DNA of 64,000 bases from Bacilli bacterium. GTDB lineage: Bacteria > Bacillota_I > Bacilli_A > RF39 > UBA660. The stretch spans positions 1,738 to 65,737 of the forward strand of contig JAGCSA010000042.1 of NCBI GenBank assembly GCA_017964405.1, given 5' to 3'. The translations under genes and the position numbers were made by a program. Within the stretch, counting starts at the first letter, position 1, and each line of letters starts with the position of its first letter. The notes below the pieces were generated by a model that was not told the DNA's origin, ran no database searches, and saw only the letters and a program-made list of their open reading frames with translations. Below, in pieces: positions 40,803 through 50,548 of the stretch.

Positions 40803-41336
40803 TTATTGAATATAACCATGTCCTGTGAAGAATTCTTTATAATGTGCCGTATCGGTTAAACCATCTACTTTATCAACGATTGCACCCTCTTTTACAATCA
40901 ATAAAAGTGGTGTTCCAAATCCTGATTGAAATAATTCATCTGATTGAATAAATTTTGCTTGTGATTCCTCTGTGAAATTATCTGTATTTAAATAGTAAAT
41001 TGTAATATCGTAGTCTTTTGCCATTTTTTGAAGAATTGGTTCTGCAATTTGACAATATCCACAAGTAGGTCTTGCTAATAAGATTAGTTTTTCTTCTGAA
41101 CCATTGTAATACTCTAAATACGTATCCACATCAATCTGTGGAAACTCTTTTTTGTCTTTTTCTGTTACTGCAGCGCTTTCTTTTTTTGCATTCTCTAAAA
41201 TATCAGAAGGATTATTTGATAGTTCTGCCGTTGTCGTTGTCTTTTCTTCCTTATTTCCTACTGTAAAAGCTAGTACTAATACGATTAATACTCCTATTAC
41301 AATTCCTGCGATTTTTAATCCTTTTTTCTTATCCAT
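40803..41336 (-). CDS. membrane-anchored thioredoxin-fold protein
   Basis: 177 aa, signal anchor, CGYC redox motif. Confidence 0.7.
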   Translation of the reverse strand: MDKKKGLKIAGIVIGVLIVLVLAFTVGNKEEKTTTTAELSNNPSDILENAKKESAAVTEKDKKEFPQIDVDTYLEYYNGSEEKLILLARPTCGYCQIAEPILQKMAKDYDITIYYLNTDNFTEESQAKFIQSDELFQSGFGTPLLLIVKEGAIVDKVDGLTDTAHYKEFFTGHGYIQ

Positions 41337-41388
41337 AATTCTTCCTCCCTATCTCCATTATAGTAAATTGTTGGTATTGTATCAACCT

Positions 41389-42987
41389 TTATTTTTCTAC
41401 TCGATCGATATATTCTTCATAAGGAATTTGTCGATCTATGATTTTTCCATCTTCTGTAATTTCAATCACTCTATTCGCAACCGTACTATTTAATTCATAG
41501 TCTCTCGTTGTGAATAATACTTCTCCTTCAAAACGACATAGTCCTTTATTTAGGGACGTGATACTTTCTAGATCTAGATGGTTCGTTGGTTCATCTAAGA
41601 TTAAGAAGTTTGGTTCTTCTAACATAATCTTCGATAACATACATCTAGCTTTTTCTCCTCCCGATAATACATTCACTTTTTTAAAGACATCGTCTCCTGA
41701 GAATAACATTCTTCCTAAGAATCCTCTTAATACAGTTTCATCTTTAATATCATAGAAAGATCCAATCCACTCCATAATATTTTTTTCACTTTGAAAATAC
41801 TCATTATTATCTTGAGGAAGATATCCTGGTATGATGGTTTTTCCCCACTCTATCGTTCCTTTATCATACTTTTCTTTTCCAATTAAGATATTGAATAAGG
41901 TGGTTTTTACCATATCGTCTTTGGCAAGGAAACAAATCTTATCTCCTTTTAATACCGTGAAAGAAACTTTATCTAATATCTTTTTACCATCTACTTCTTT
42001 GGTTAGATTTTCTACCTTTAAGATTTCTTTTCCAGCAGGCTTTTCTATCTTAAAATCAATAAATGGATATTTTCTACTACTAGGAATAATTTCATCTAAT
42101 TCAATTTTTTCTAACATCTTCTTACGAGATGTTGCTTGTCTTGATTTCGAAGCATTTGCTGAGAATCTTGCAATGAATGCTTGTAATTCTTTGATCTTTT
42201 CTTCTTTCTTCTTATTGGATTCTCTCATTTGTCTTTGTAATAATTCACTCGATTCATACCAGAAATCATAGTTTCCAATATAAAGTTTAATTTTCGAATA
42301 ATCAATATCACAGATATGGGTACATACTTTATTTAAGAAGTGTCTATCGTGAGAGACAATAATAACAGTATTATTAAAGTTAATTAAGAATTCCTCTAAC
42401 CAACGAATGGCTTCAATATCTAAAGAGTTTGTTGGCTCATCTAATAATAGAATATCTGGGTTTCCAAATAAAGCTTGTGCTAGTAATACTTTTACTCTTA
42501 ATTTAACAGGAATTTCTTTCATTAATTGATAATGGTTTTCTTCTGATACTCCTAAATTATTCAATAATTCTGCTGCATCTGGTTCAGCATTCCATCCATC
42601 TAATTCCATGAATTCTGCTTCTAGATTCGCTAATTTCATTCCATCTTCTTCTGAGAATTCTGTTTGTTCATACATCTTGTCTTTTTCTTCCATGATTTCG
42701 TATAATTTTGTATTTCCCATGATGACAACATCAATGACTCTTTTTTCATCAAATTGATAGTGATCCTGTTTTAAGAAAGATATTCTTTCTCCTTTGGATA
42801 CCGTAATTTCTCCTGTTGTTGTCTCTAATTCTCCACTTAATAATTTTAAGAAAGTAGATTTTCCAGAACCGTTGGCTCCTATTAAGCCATAACAGTTCCC
42901 ATTGGTAAATTTTAAGTTAACATCTTCAAATAAAGTACGTTTTCCAAACTTTAAGCTGACATTACTAACTTGTATCATTTTGATCAC
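41389..42987 (-). CDS. ABC-F family ATPase (two ABC domains, no TMD)
   Basis: 532 aa. Two Walker A / LSGGE signatures separated by a charged linker. Confidence 0.85.
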   Translation of the reverse strand: MIKMIQVSNVSLKFGKRTLFEDVNLKFTNGNCYGLIGANGSGKSTFLKLLSGELETTTGEITVSKGERISFLKQDHYQFDEKRVIDVVIMGNTKLYEIMEEKDKMYEQTEFSEEDGMKLANLEAEFMELDGWNAEPDAAELLNNLGVSEENHYQLMKEIPVKLRVKVLLAQALFGNPDILLLDEPTNSLDIEAIRWLEEFLINFNNTVIIVSHDRHFLNKVCTHICDIDYSKIKLYIGNYDFWYESSELLQRQMRESNKKKEEKIKELQAFIARFSANASKSRQATSRKKMLEKIELDEIIPSSRKYPFIDFKIEKPAGKEILKVENLTKEVDGKKILDKVSFTVLKGDKICFLAKDDMVKTTLFNILIGKEKYDKGTIEWGKTIIPGYLPQDNNEYFQSEKNIMEWIGSFYDIKDETVLRGFLGRMLFSGDDVFKKVNVLSGGEKARCMLSKIMLEEPNFLILDEPTNHLDLESITSLNKGLCRFEGEVLFTTRDYELNSTVANRVIEITEDGKIIDRQIPYEEYIDRVEK

Positions 42988-43035
42988 CTCGAAACTTCTT
43001 ATATTTTACCTTATCTAACAAAAAAAGACAAGTTA

Positions 43036-43707
43036 TTAGCTTATCTTCTTAACGAGTTCTCTCACGTTATTTTGCCCTGCCATGATTTCTCTTAAATAGT
43101 CACTACAGTACTGTTCTGGATCTTTGGCACTCATGAGTTTTTTCATGTATTGAATTTCTGTTTGTGAGACACCTGATTTTCTTAAGTCTGATGCAATTAA
43201 CTCTGTCATGAGTAAATGCAATTGGTATTGATTCAGGTCATTCAATTGACGGGTATCTCCTCCCTCAAAGATAGAATGAGCTGCTGGATTAACAATATAT
43301 AATTCTCCATTAAATAACGTATATCCTGGTGTAATTCCATTTAATAAGATATGTTTTTGACTTAAGGTCTCTGTATCTTCTTCTAATACTTCTACATTAT
43401 CAATTAGATCCCATTTAGGAGTCGTTGTAATCCGTTTTCCTGCTCCTTTTTGTGATACTAATTTCATTGTATATCCATGAAAAGCATTATTATAAAATAA
43501 TAGTTTTTTTGGTAATAATATTCGTTTTGTTGTGATTCCTGTAAAATACTTTGCTGTTTCTTCTTCTATTGGCATTTCTCCATCCCTGAATACTCTTAAA
43601 GCAACATTCTTATAACGATAAACATCTCCTGCTTTTGTACTAGGAACAAAGTTTAGTTTTCTTAGACCAGATAATTCTATTTCTCTGTTCTCTAATCGAT
43701 ATCCCAT
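43036..43707 (-). CDS. hypothetical protein
   Basis: 223 aa. A faint kinase-like layout lacks the catalytic Asp residues. Third gene of the operon starting at 46702. Confidence 0.35.
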   Translation of the reverse strand: MGYRLENREIELSGLRKLNFVPSTKAGDVYRYKNVALRVFRDGEMPIEEETAKYFTGITTKRILLPKKLLFYNNAFHGYTMKLVSQKGAGKRITTTPKWDLIDNVEVLEEDTETLSQKHILLNGITPGYTLFNGELYIVNPAAHSIFEGGDTRQLNDLNQYQLHLLMTELIASDLRKSGVSQTEIQYMKKLMSAKDPEQYCSDYLREIMAGQNNVRELVKKIS

Positions 43708-43742
43708 ATATTCCGACTCCCTTTGTGCTATCTATTATAACA

Positions 43743-44339
43743 TCATCTGTAGAAGTTGGAAACAAATTTTGCAAATCCATATAAAATAATCGAACTTTTA
43801 TTAATCGCAAAACTTTTTCCGATGGCTTTTCCCCCGATTGTTAGAGAGGCTATAATAGCAGCCACTATGAGAGAAGTAATCAATAATTCTGTATGATATT
43901 CCGTTACTAAAATGGCCGTTATGGCAGTTCCTGCTGCACCAGATACAATTCCACAGACATCTCCTATGACATCACAGCAGAAACTAGAAACTTTATCTGC
44001 GTTCTTTTTAAATTTAACGGCTACACTTGCTCCTTTTACTTTTCTAGAACTCATGGAGTGAAAAATAGCTTCTTCTGCAGAAGTAACGGATACTCCAATA
44101 ATATCAAATAAGATTCCTAATAAAATAAAGAGAATCGTTATGATAATTCCTAACCATAAATGGAAATTCGGAATGGTCATTTGAGAAATAAAGGACATAC
44201 CAAAAGAGATGAAAAAGGAAACGATTAAAATAATCGTAATCCATTTCCAATCTACTTTTTCCTTTTTAATTTTTTCTTTTTTCTTTGTTACTTCAATTAA
44301 GTTCTTGAATTCACTTTGATTCTTTTCTTTTCCATTCAT
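43743..44339 (-). CDS. hypothetical polytopic membrane protein
   Basis: 198 aa with 4-5 TM helices. Its start overlaps the upstream stop (TAATG), implying translational coupling. Confidence 0.45.
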   Translation of the reverse strand: MNGKEKNQSEFKNLIEVTKKKEKIKKEKVDWKWITIILIVSFFISFGMSFISQMTIPNFHLWLGIIITILFILLGILFDIIGVSVTSAEEAIFHSMSSRKVKGASVAVKFKKNADKVSSFCCDVIGDVCGIVSGAAGTAITAILVTEYHTELLITSLIVAAIIASLTIGGKAIGKSFAINKSSIILYGFAKFVSNFYR

Positions 44340-46702
44340 TATAATCGATAACCTACTTCCTCATTATATCTTTCTACTGGATCTCCTAACATATCTTGTA
44401 ATTCTTGTTGACGATTGGCAGAAAGATTTTTCTCTATTACTTTCGTAAGAGAACTTGCGAAGAATAAGGACATTCTTGGATCTTCTGGATTGACTAACAT
44501 TTTTTTATCTTCTTCTGTTACAAATGGATTATCTTTTTCAAAAGATGGAACTTCTTCTTGATTCTGATAAGCATCTCCTACTTGTACATAGTAATCATAA
44601 ACTGTAAGTTGATGTTCTTTTACATAAGCTAATAAGTTTTCAATATACGTAGATCCTGGAAAATGTCTTTCATAGAAATCTCTTAAGAATTCTACATATT
44701 CTTCATCTGTTTCATAGATTCCTCTTACTCGTGGTCTATGAATATTGGTACCAGGAATATATTCCTCACTATATTCAAACATATCCTGTAAATCTTTTTT
44801 AGGTTCCGTTTTAGGTGGATTTACGGGTTCTTTTCTTGGTTCTGTTGGTGGTTCTGGCTGAGTTGTTTTTTCTTGTTCTTCCGGTACTTCTTCTTGGAAC
44901 GTTTGATAATACCTTGGTCTTTCTTCTGGTAATTGTGATCGATATTCTTGTATGTTTTCTTGTGTTAGTGGATGAACCTCATATTTTTCACCTTGATGAT
45001 TTCCTCCAATAGCAGGAGTCGCATGAAAGATGGTTTTTCGATCCATAAAACTTCCACCAGCCATTGCACGATAGTGCTCTTTTGCTTCCGGACTCATTCC
45101 TAAAAAATCTGTTACTCGATCAATTGCTTTTAAAATGACCTCTGGAGGAATTCCTTCTAGACGTCCTTCTTCTACGATACGATAAATTGTATCATAGGCA
45201 TCAATTCCCATTCCTTCTTTCGGACCTTCTCCCATCAATTCTAACATTCTAGCAGCATATCCCATTGGTTCATATCCAATTGGATGATAAAACTGTTCAT
45301 AATATAAATTAGTAGGAACTACATGACTATAATACTCTTCCATTGGTAAAACAAGAGCATCTGCTACTGTCATATGTTCATAATCTCCGTGAGAATTTGT
45401 TGATTTTGTTAACTCTCTAGGAGCTACCATAAAATAACTATATGTTGGTAAATTATGATTGCTAGATTGTAGATCAAAGGTAATATCACATACACTGATA
45501 CTATCTACTCCATATTTTTCATCTTGAATTTTTCCTAAGTTTCTAGAATGTCCTGTTGTGGAATAACGGAACATTGGAATTCCTACTCTTCTCAATAAAG
45601 CAGAATATAATGTAGAAAATCCCATACATACCGCTCTTTTTTTACCATTTACTTGGTGATTGATCATTTGACTTAGATTAATATTATCCCATTCATCTGC
45701 AAAATCTGCATCTGGATCATAAATATACTCTGAATCAATGATGATTTTTGCTAGTACTGCAGCTTCTAGAGGAGATAGATTTCCTTCTTGTACCATCTGT
45801 TCAAAAGAATGAACTTCTTTTAATACATTTAAATAATTTCGAAGAGAAGTTTTTCCTCCACCTTCTATTTGAGAATAATATAATCTATTTTCACAATATG
45901 GCTCTTTTGTATAATTTTCTACCATATCATGACATGTACTATAAACAATATCTATTTCATAAGGATATTTTTCTAATTTACGATATAGATCGATTTGATC
46001 TTGTAATAAATAGCCAATAAACTGAATATTCAATCCTTCTCTTACATGATGTCTTTGTAATCCTTGTAAGAATTCTTCATAATAATTCGGATCAAATACA
46101 TTGAATTCAATAGACGTATCTTCTCCATCATTTACATAGGCTGCTAACGTTTCAAATTCCTCTTCTGATAATCTATGATTGATATGAAAAGAAAATCTTG
46201 TTTCTAGTTCATCAAATGTTTTTCTTCTCTCTAATACGGGTTGATTCATTTGTAAGTCAAATTTAAATACACCTTTTTGAAGAAAAATACGACTATCCCC
46301 TTCCAATTCTGAGATACAATGATCTACTACGATGGTAGATGCAAATGCTAGTTTATTATAATCTTCTCTTGTTAAAACGTATCCTTCATCTGCAATTCGA
46401 ATAATCACTTTTCGATTTTCTTTCTCTATTTTTTGACGAATTGCCTCCATGATTTCAGTATCTTCTAGTATTGTTTGATCAATCACTAAAGTGGATGAAA
46501 AATGAATATTATCATTTTGGAGATTTTCTAATATAATGTCTCTAAAAAATTCTATATTTGGATTCGTACTCATTTGAAAATAACGAATTCCTAATTGTTC
46601 ATGTTGATTTAATCTTAAATTTCCTCCTACTTCTACCGGATTCATCTTTTTTGGATCTGATAAAATGGAAGTAACATAACCTGACATATCGTCTTCTATC
46701 AT
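44339..46702 (-). CDS. large cytoplasmic protein with a transglutaminase-like Cys-His-Asp core
   Basis: 787 aa. KKRAVCMGFSTLYSALLRRVGIP...TGHSRNL...VCDITFD resembles the transglutaminase/cysteine-protease core. Pro/Glu-rich linker. Own TGtTATAAT promoter. Confidence 0.45.
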   Translation of the reverse strand: MIEDDMSGYVTSILSDPKKMNPVEVGGNLRLNQHEQLGIRYFQMSTNPNIEFFRDIILENLQNDNIHFSSTLVIDQTILEDTEIMEAIRQKIEKENRKVIIRIADEGYVLTREDYNKLAFASTIVVDHCISELEGDSRIFLQKGVFKFDLQMNQPVLERRKTFDELETRFSFHINHRLSEEEFETLAAYVNDGEDTSIEFNVFDPNYYEEFLQGLQRHHVREGLNIQFIGYLLQDQIDLYRKLEKYPYEIDIVYSTCHDMVENYTKEPYCENRLYYSQIEGGGKTSLRNYLNVLKEVHSFEQMVQEGNLSPLEAAVLAKIIIDSEYIYDPDADFADEWDNINLSQMINHQVNGKKRAVCMGFSTLYSALLRRVGIPMFRYSTTGHSRNLGKIQDEKYGVDSISVCDITFDLQSSNHNLPTYSYFMVAPRELTKSTNSHGDYEHMTVADALVLPMEEYYSHVVPTNLYYEQFYHPIGYEPMGYAARMLELMGEGPKEGMGIDAYDTIYRIVEEGRLEGIPPEVILKAIDRVTDFLGMSPEAKEHYRAMAGGSFMDRKTIFHATPAIGGNHQGEKYEVHPLTQENIQEYRSQLPEERPRYYQTFQEEVPEEQEKTTQPEPPTEPRKEPVNPPKTEPKKDLQDMFEYSEEYIPGTNIHRPRVRGIYETDEEYVEFLRDFYERHFPGSTYIENLLAYVKEHQLTVYDYYVQVGDAYQNQEEVPSFEKDNPFVTEEDKKMLVNPEDPRMSLFFASSLTKVIEKNLSANRQQELQDMLGDPVERYNEEVGYRL

Positions 46703-46732
46703 ATAGCATCACCTACTTATTCTCATTATAAC

Positions 46733-46757
46733 AAAAAAAAAGTAGTTACACTACTTT
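46733..46757 (-). terminator. intrinsic terminator ending the ncRNA candidate
   Basis: AAAGTAG-tgtaa-CTACTTT followed by a run of T residues on the minus strand. Confidence 0.6.
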
Positions 46758-47355
46758 AATTTTTTAATTGTTTGGCTTTCATAATAATTAACTTTGAGCC
46801 TTAGGTCAAGTAGGATTTCCCTGATTCTTACAAATCCGTTACCAGATTTGCGGTTCCCCTTTACTAGAATCAATATGGCGTTACCAATCCATACGACTTG
46901 ATTACCACTTAGTGCCCACTGCAATCCTATTACAAATACACTCTAGGAGATTTCCTCACCATTCTCTATTAATAGTCCTTTTTTGCAAAAGTCATTTCAA
47001 AATGCAATACTAACTACAAGTGGCCGCTTATAATTAGCTGTCGTTTATCCCAGAACTTCCACTCAAGACAGGCTACACTGCACATAGCTTGCGCCACATT
47101 ACAGGTTCTAATCCCATTTCGTAATAAATCATCAGATGTTGTCCGTATAGATTTACCACAAGAACAGGTCTCCACGAATAGTGGGTCGAGATTCATATGC
47201 CATTATGAGTCGCCCAAAATTCTCATCTCCAGCATCCACCCCAAACTGGGCGTAAGAAGCAGACACCAAAGGTTTCACAGATATGCCCTTTAACGATTTT
47301 TTAAACTCGTCTTCCTAATAGAGTAATTGACTAGAATAATGTGCCATCAATTACA
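46733..47355 (-). ncRNA. large (~620 nt) structured ncRNA candidate, class unassigned
   Basis: 700-bp ORF-poor gap. Hand-counted GC is 33-52% per 60-nt line against 27% in the adjacent CDS. Consensus promoter and terminator. 8-bp 5' hairpin GTAATTGA/TCAATTAC. Three GNRA-capped hairpins (GCAAATCTG-GTAA-CGGATTTGT, TATGG..TG-GTAA-CG-CCATA, ATGTGGC-GCAA-GCTATGT). Confidence 0.7.
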
Positions 47356-47361
47356 TATGTA

Positions 47362-47390
47362 ATTATATCATATTTTCAAAAAAATGTCAA
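47362..47390 (-). promoter_or_regulatory. consensus sigma-A promoter TTGACA-17-TATAAT driving the ncRNA candidate
   Basis: Minus strand: TTGACA (47385-47390), a 17-nt spacer, TATAAT (47362-47367). A second TTGACA lies 9 bp upstream. Confidence 0.8.
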
Positions 47391-47405
47391 ATGTGTCAAG
47401 TACGA

Positions 47406-49703
47406 TTATCGACCTAAAAACTCTTTTAAAATATTGATATTCTTTTCCATCTCTTCTATATAGTTTCTATGATTTCTTCTAATAAAATCAATATTTCCTG
47501 CACGACTTTCTTTTTCTAATATATCGGATAATTCAGCTAGTTTTGTCATTCCCATATATTTCGCATCTCCCTTAACAGCATGGGCAATTACACTATAATT
47601 ATTCATGTTGTTATTATCGAGATATGTCTTCAATAATTCTATCTTTTCACTCGAATCATCTACGATATCTCCTGCTGTATCTGTATAGATTTTCATATCA
47701 ATTAAAGTCTCTAATGCTTTTTCAATATCAAATCCATTTTCTTCTAGGAATGCTCTATTTCCTTTTTTACTTTCTCTTAGATGTAATTCTTGTGTTGTCT
47801 CCAAGAATTCAATATCTTCTTTTGGTTCTTCTGGTGGTTCTTCTTTTCCAAAGAAATCAATTAATAATTCCTCTAATAAAATCTTATCAAGAGGTTTGGA
47901 TAAGTATCCATCAAATCCTACTTTTAAATATTGTTCTTTCATACCTGATAAGGCATTTGCTGTTAATACAACCATAGGGGTATGGAAGTTTGGTTCTTGT
48001 TTTAATTGCTTCATAACAGCAATTCCTGTGATATCTGGCATTTGATCATCAATCATAATCAAATCATATTTCTTATATTCATGTACTTTTTCAATACATT
48101 CTGGACCACTCGTCGCATAATCAATTTTTAAATTATAGTTTTTCATTAGACGATTGGCTACTTTTAAATTTACATGATTATCATCTACAATTAGGATTCT
48201 TTCTCCATGTCCTTTGAAATGGAATTGTTTCGATTCTCCTACTGTTTTTTCTACTTCTTCTAATTTCTTATGACTAATCTTTTGATATAGTCTTACTGTG
48301 AAAGTAGATCCTTCATTATATTTACTCTCTACCTGAATATCACCATGCATTAAATCTACTAATTGTTTGGTTAAAGCAAGTCCTAGACCTGTTCCTTCAA
48401 TATTATTATTCTTTTGAGTATCAAGTCTAGAAAATTTAGAGAATAGCTTTTTCAAATCTTCTGGTTTAATACCAATTCCAGAATCTTTTACAGAGATTAC
48501 TAATACTCCATTTTCTTCATCTGTTTTTTCAAAATCCATTTTTAAACTGACATATCCTTCTTTTGTATACTTAATGGAGTTTGTTAAAAGATTGATAATG
48601 ATTTGTTTAATTCGATTGGCATCTCCAATTAATACAGGAGGAATATTAGGATTCATTTCATGAATAAATTGAATTTTCTTATCTCCAATTCTTCCTTCTG
48701 TTAACATGACTAGGTATTTATATACTTTTTGAATGCCATAATCTCCTTCAATAATTTCTAATTTATTGGATTCGATCTTTGATAAATCTAAGATTTCATT
48801 TACTAATTCTAATAAAGTATCTGATGCCGTCATAATATTATCTACATCTTCTTTTACCATTGGATCTAGATCTTCTTCTAATAGACCTTGCGAGAATCCT
48901 AAAATAGCATTTAATGGGGTTCTTAACTCATGAGAAACATTCGATAGATAATCTGTTTTTGCTTCAGATGCTCTTAAAGCATAATTTCTTTCTTTCTCTA
49001 ATATTTTCATTGATTTTTGATCACTATTTTCTACGGAGAATACAGAGAAGTACATAATGGCAATCGAGAAAATCATGGCAGAAGTCAGTAATAGAATTCC
49101 AGGATTCACAATTTGAACAATCATGGCAAATCCACTGAGAATAATAGCTCCTAATAATGGTAATACTTGTCTTGTTTCCATTCGACGAATCCGAATGAAT
49201 AATAAAGACATACAGAAGATAATACTAAGGGCTCCTACTAGGTAGGTCTCTGTTGTTGCTAGTCCATAAGAATACATAATATTCGTACCTTCTGTATAGA
49301 TTTCAATTGGGGATACAAAGATTAAAACCCCTATTAATAAGAATAAAACAAATATGATGTCTCTTACTCTTTTATATTTGACTAGCTTTTCTTCTGTTGT
49401 TTTATCGACATTGGTTACAATAATCGCATATTCCATATAGAGAATACAAAAACCAATTAACGTTAATAAATAGGCTTTTGCTGTTAGAATCGTTGCCGTT
49501 GATCCTGGTATTTGGAATGCACATACAATCGATGCAATATCCATTAAAGCACTCAAAAAACCCACAATTACTAAATTGCGGAATATATGGTTTTCAGCAC
49601 ACTCAATTTTTTTGTTTATAATAAAAACAATTCCAATTAGTGTCACATAGAATAAAGATATTATTTGAAAAAATGTATTTTCATATAATACCATTCTAAC
49701 CAC
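47406..49703 (-). CDS. hybrid sensor histidine kinase (multi-TM sensor + HisKA/HATPase + REC + HPt)
   Basis: 765 aa. H-box SHELRTPLNAILGF, DSGIGI/GTGLGL, REC ILIVDDNHVN...MIDDQMPD, HPt HAVKGDAKYMG. Confidence 0.85.
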   Translation of the reverse strand: MVRMVLYENTFFQIISLFYVTLIGIVFIINKKIECAENHIFRNLVIVGFLSALMDIASIVCAFQIPGSTATILTAKAYLLTLIGFCILYMEYAIIVTNVDKTTEEKLVKYKRVRDIIFVLFLLIGVLIFVSPIEIYTEGTNIMYSYGLATTETYLVGALSIIFCMSLLFIRIRRMETRQVLPLLGAIILSGFAMIVQIVNPGILLLTSAMIFSIAIMYFSVFSVENSDQKSMKILEKERNYALRASEAKTDYLSNVSHELRTPLNAILGFSQGLLEEDLDPMVKEDVDNIMTASDTLLELVNEILDLSKIESNKLEIIEGDYGIQKVYKYLVMLTEGRIGDKKIQFIHEMNPNIPPVLIGDANRIKQIIINLLTNSIKYTKEGYVSLKMDFEKTDEENGVLVISVKDSGIGIKPEDLKKLFSKFSRLDTQKNNNIEGTGLGLALTKQLVDLMHGDIQVESKYNEGSTFTVRLYQKISHKKLEEVEKTVGESKQFHFKGHGERILIVDDNHVNLKVANRLMKNYNLKIDYATSGPECIEKVHEYKKYDLIMIDDQMPDITGIAVMKQLKQEPNFHTPMVVLTANALSGMKEQYLKVGFDGYLSKPLDKILLEELLIDFFGKEEPPEEPKEDIEFLETTQELHLRESKKGNRAFLEENGFDIEKALETLIDMKIYTDTAGDIVDDSSEKIELLKTYLDNNNMNNYSVIAHAVKGDAKYMGMTKLAELSDILEKESRAGNIDFIRRNHRNYIEEMEKNINILKEFLGR

Positions 49704-49756
49704 CCACTTCTTATTATATATTTATTATACAACAAAATATTTCTCTATTTCAATCA

Positions 49757-49783
49757 TAAAAAAAACTACAAAATGTAGTTTTT
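49757..49783 (-). terminator. terminator (usable in both directions) after the glucosaminidase gene
   Basis: AACTACA-ttt-TGTAGTT flanked by A and T runs. Confidence 0.75.
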
Positions 49784-50485
49784 TTAACTATTTCTAATTT
49801 TATTAACGAACCAGGTAATATGTCCTGCCCATTCGTCTCCTTCACAATACTTTGGTCCGATTGTCTCTGGTGTATTTAAACCGATTGCAAAATAGTTTCT
49901 TGAAAGATTATCAATCATTCCTACTAATCCTTCTTCAACTGTATCAAATTGACGGAAGGCTCCACCATTACAACTTGGTTTCCCTTTTTGACCACCAAAG
50001 TTATAACAATATCTTGCTAGATTAGAACATTTTGTTCCACATCCTGTTTCATGAAGAATAATAGCAACGGTAATATAAGGATCTACTCCTTTATTTAAAC
50101 ATTCAGATGCAATTAATTCTCCTTGTCCAGCAACGGTATCTGTTCCTAAATTTCTATTTAATTTATCTGCTAATTCTTCTAAGGTTAATCCTTCATATAC
50201 TTCTACACGCGGTGGTTCAATAATGGATGCTGGTGCTGTTTCCATTTCTACTTCTGTTAAGATTAAATTGTCTTCTTCTTTTACTTCTTCTTGTGGTGTT
50301 TCTACTTCTTTCACAATCATATTCGTACTAGCAGCCATATTTTTCATATCCAATCCACTAACGGTTTTAACAGCTTTACTCGTACGATTCATATCTTCCT
50401 GAATTACTAATCCCATAGAAATCATTAAGATACCTACAAAGGAAGTAAATAAACAAATTAATCTCATTTTTCTCATAGGATTCAC
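49784..50485 (-). CDS. membrane-anchored glucosaminidase-domain peptidoglycan hydrolase
   Basis: 233 aa, signal anchor, GVDPYITVAIILHETGCGTKCSNLARYCYNFGGQKG. Confidence 0.65.
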   Translation of the reverse strand: MNPMRKMRLICLFTSFVGILMISMGLVIQEDMNRTSKAVKTVSGLDMKNMAASTNMIVKEVETPQEEVKEEDNLILTEVEMETAPASIIEPPRVEVYEGLTLEELADKLNRNLGTDTVAGQGELIASECLNKGVDPYITVAIILHETGCGTKCSNLARYCYNFGGQKGKPSCNGGAFRQFDTVEEGLVGMIDNLSRNYFAIGLNTPETIGPKYCEGDEWAGHITWFVNKIRNS

Positions 50486-50548
50486 CTCATTTAACCTTAA
50501 GTAATTTATATTTTATCCCAATCAATTTCCTTTGTCAATTGCTTTTAT

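Noticed and set aside
47014-47196. 60-aa ORF (MNLDPLFVETCSCGK...) inside the GC-rich gap as a real gene
   Set aside because: No Shine-Dalgarno sequence lies upstream of its ATG. Its composition differs from all neighbouring genes. It lies across predicted helices of the RNA candidate. It is most likely a chance ORF in GC-richer sequence.
46733-47355. The GC-rich intergenic RNA being RNase P RNA, tmRNA, an SRP/6S RNA, a riboswitch leader or an ORF-less group II intron
   Set aside because: - RNase P: lacks the GAGGAAAGTCC / ACAGAA..GGCTTA blocks.
- tmRNA: has no GGGG 5' end, no tRNA-like 3' end and no tag ORF.
- 6S, SRP or a riboswitch: it is far too long, and it is separated from the next gene by a terminator and a promoter.
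- Group II intron: has no GTGYG 5' end and no domain-V-like hairpin.

OLE seems unlikely because no small OapA-like membrane gene follows.
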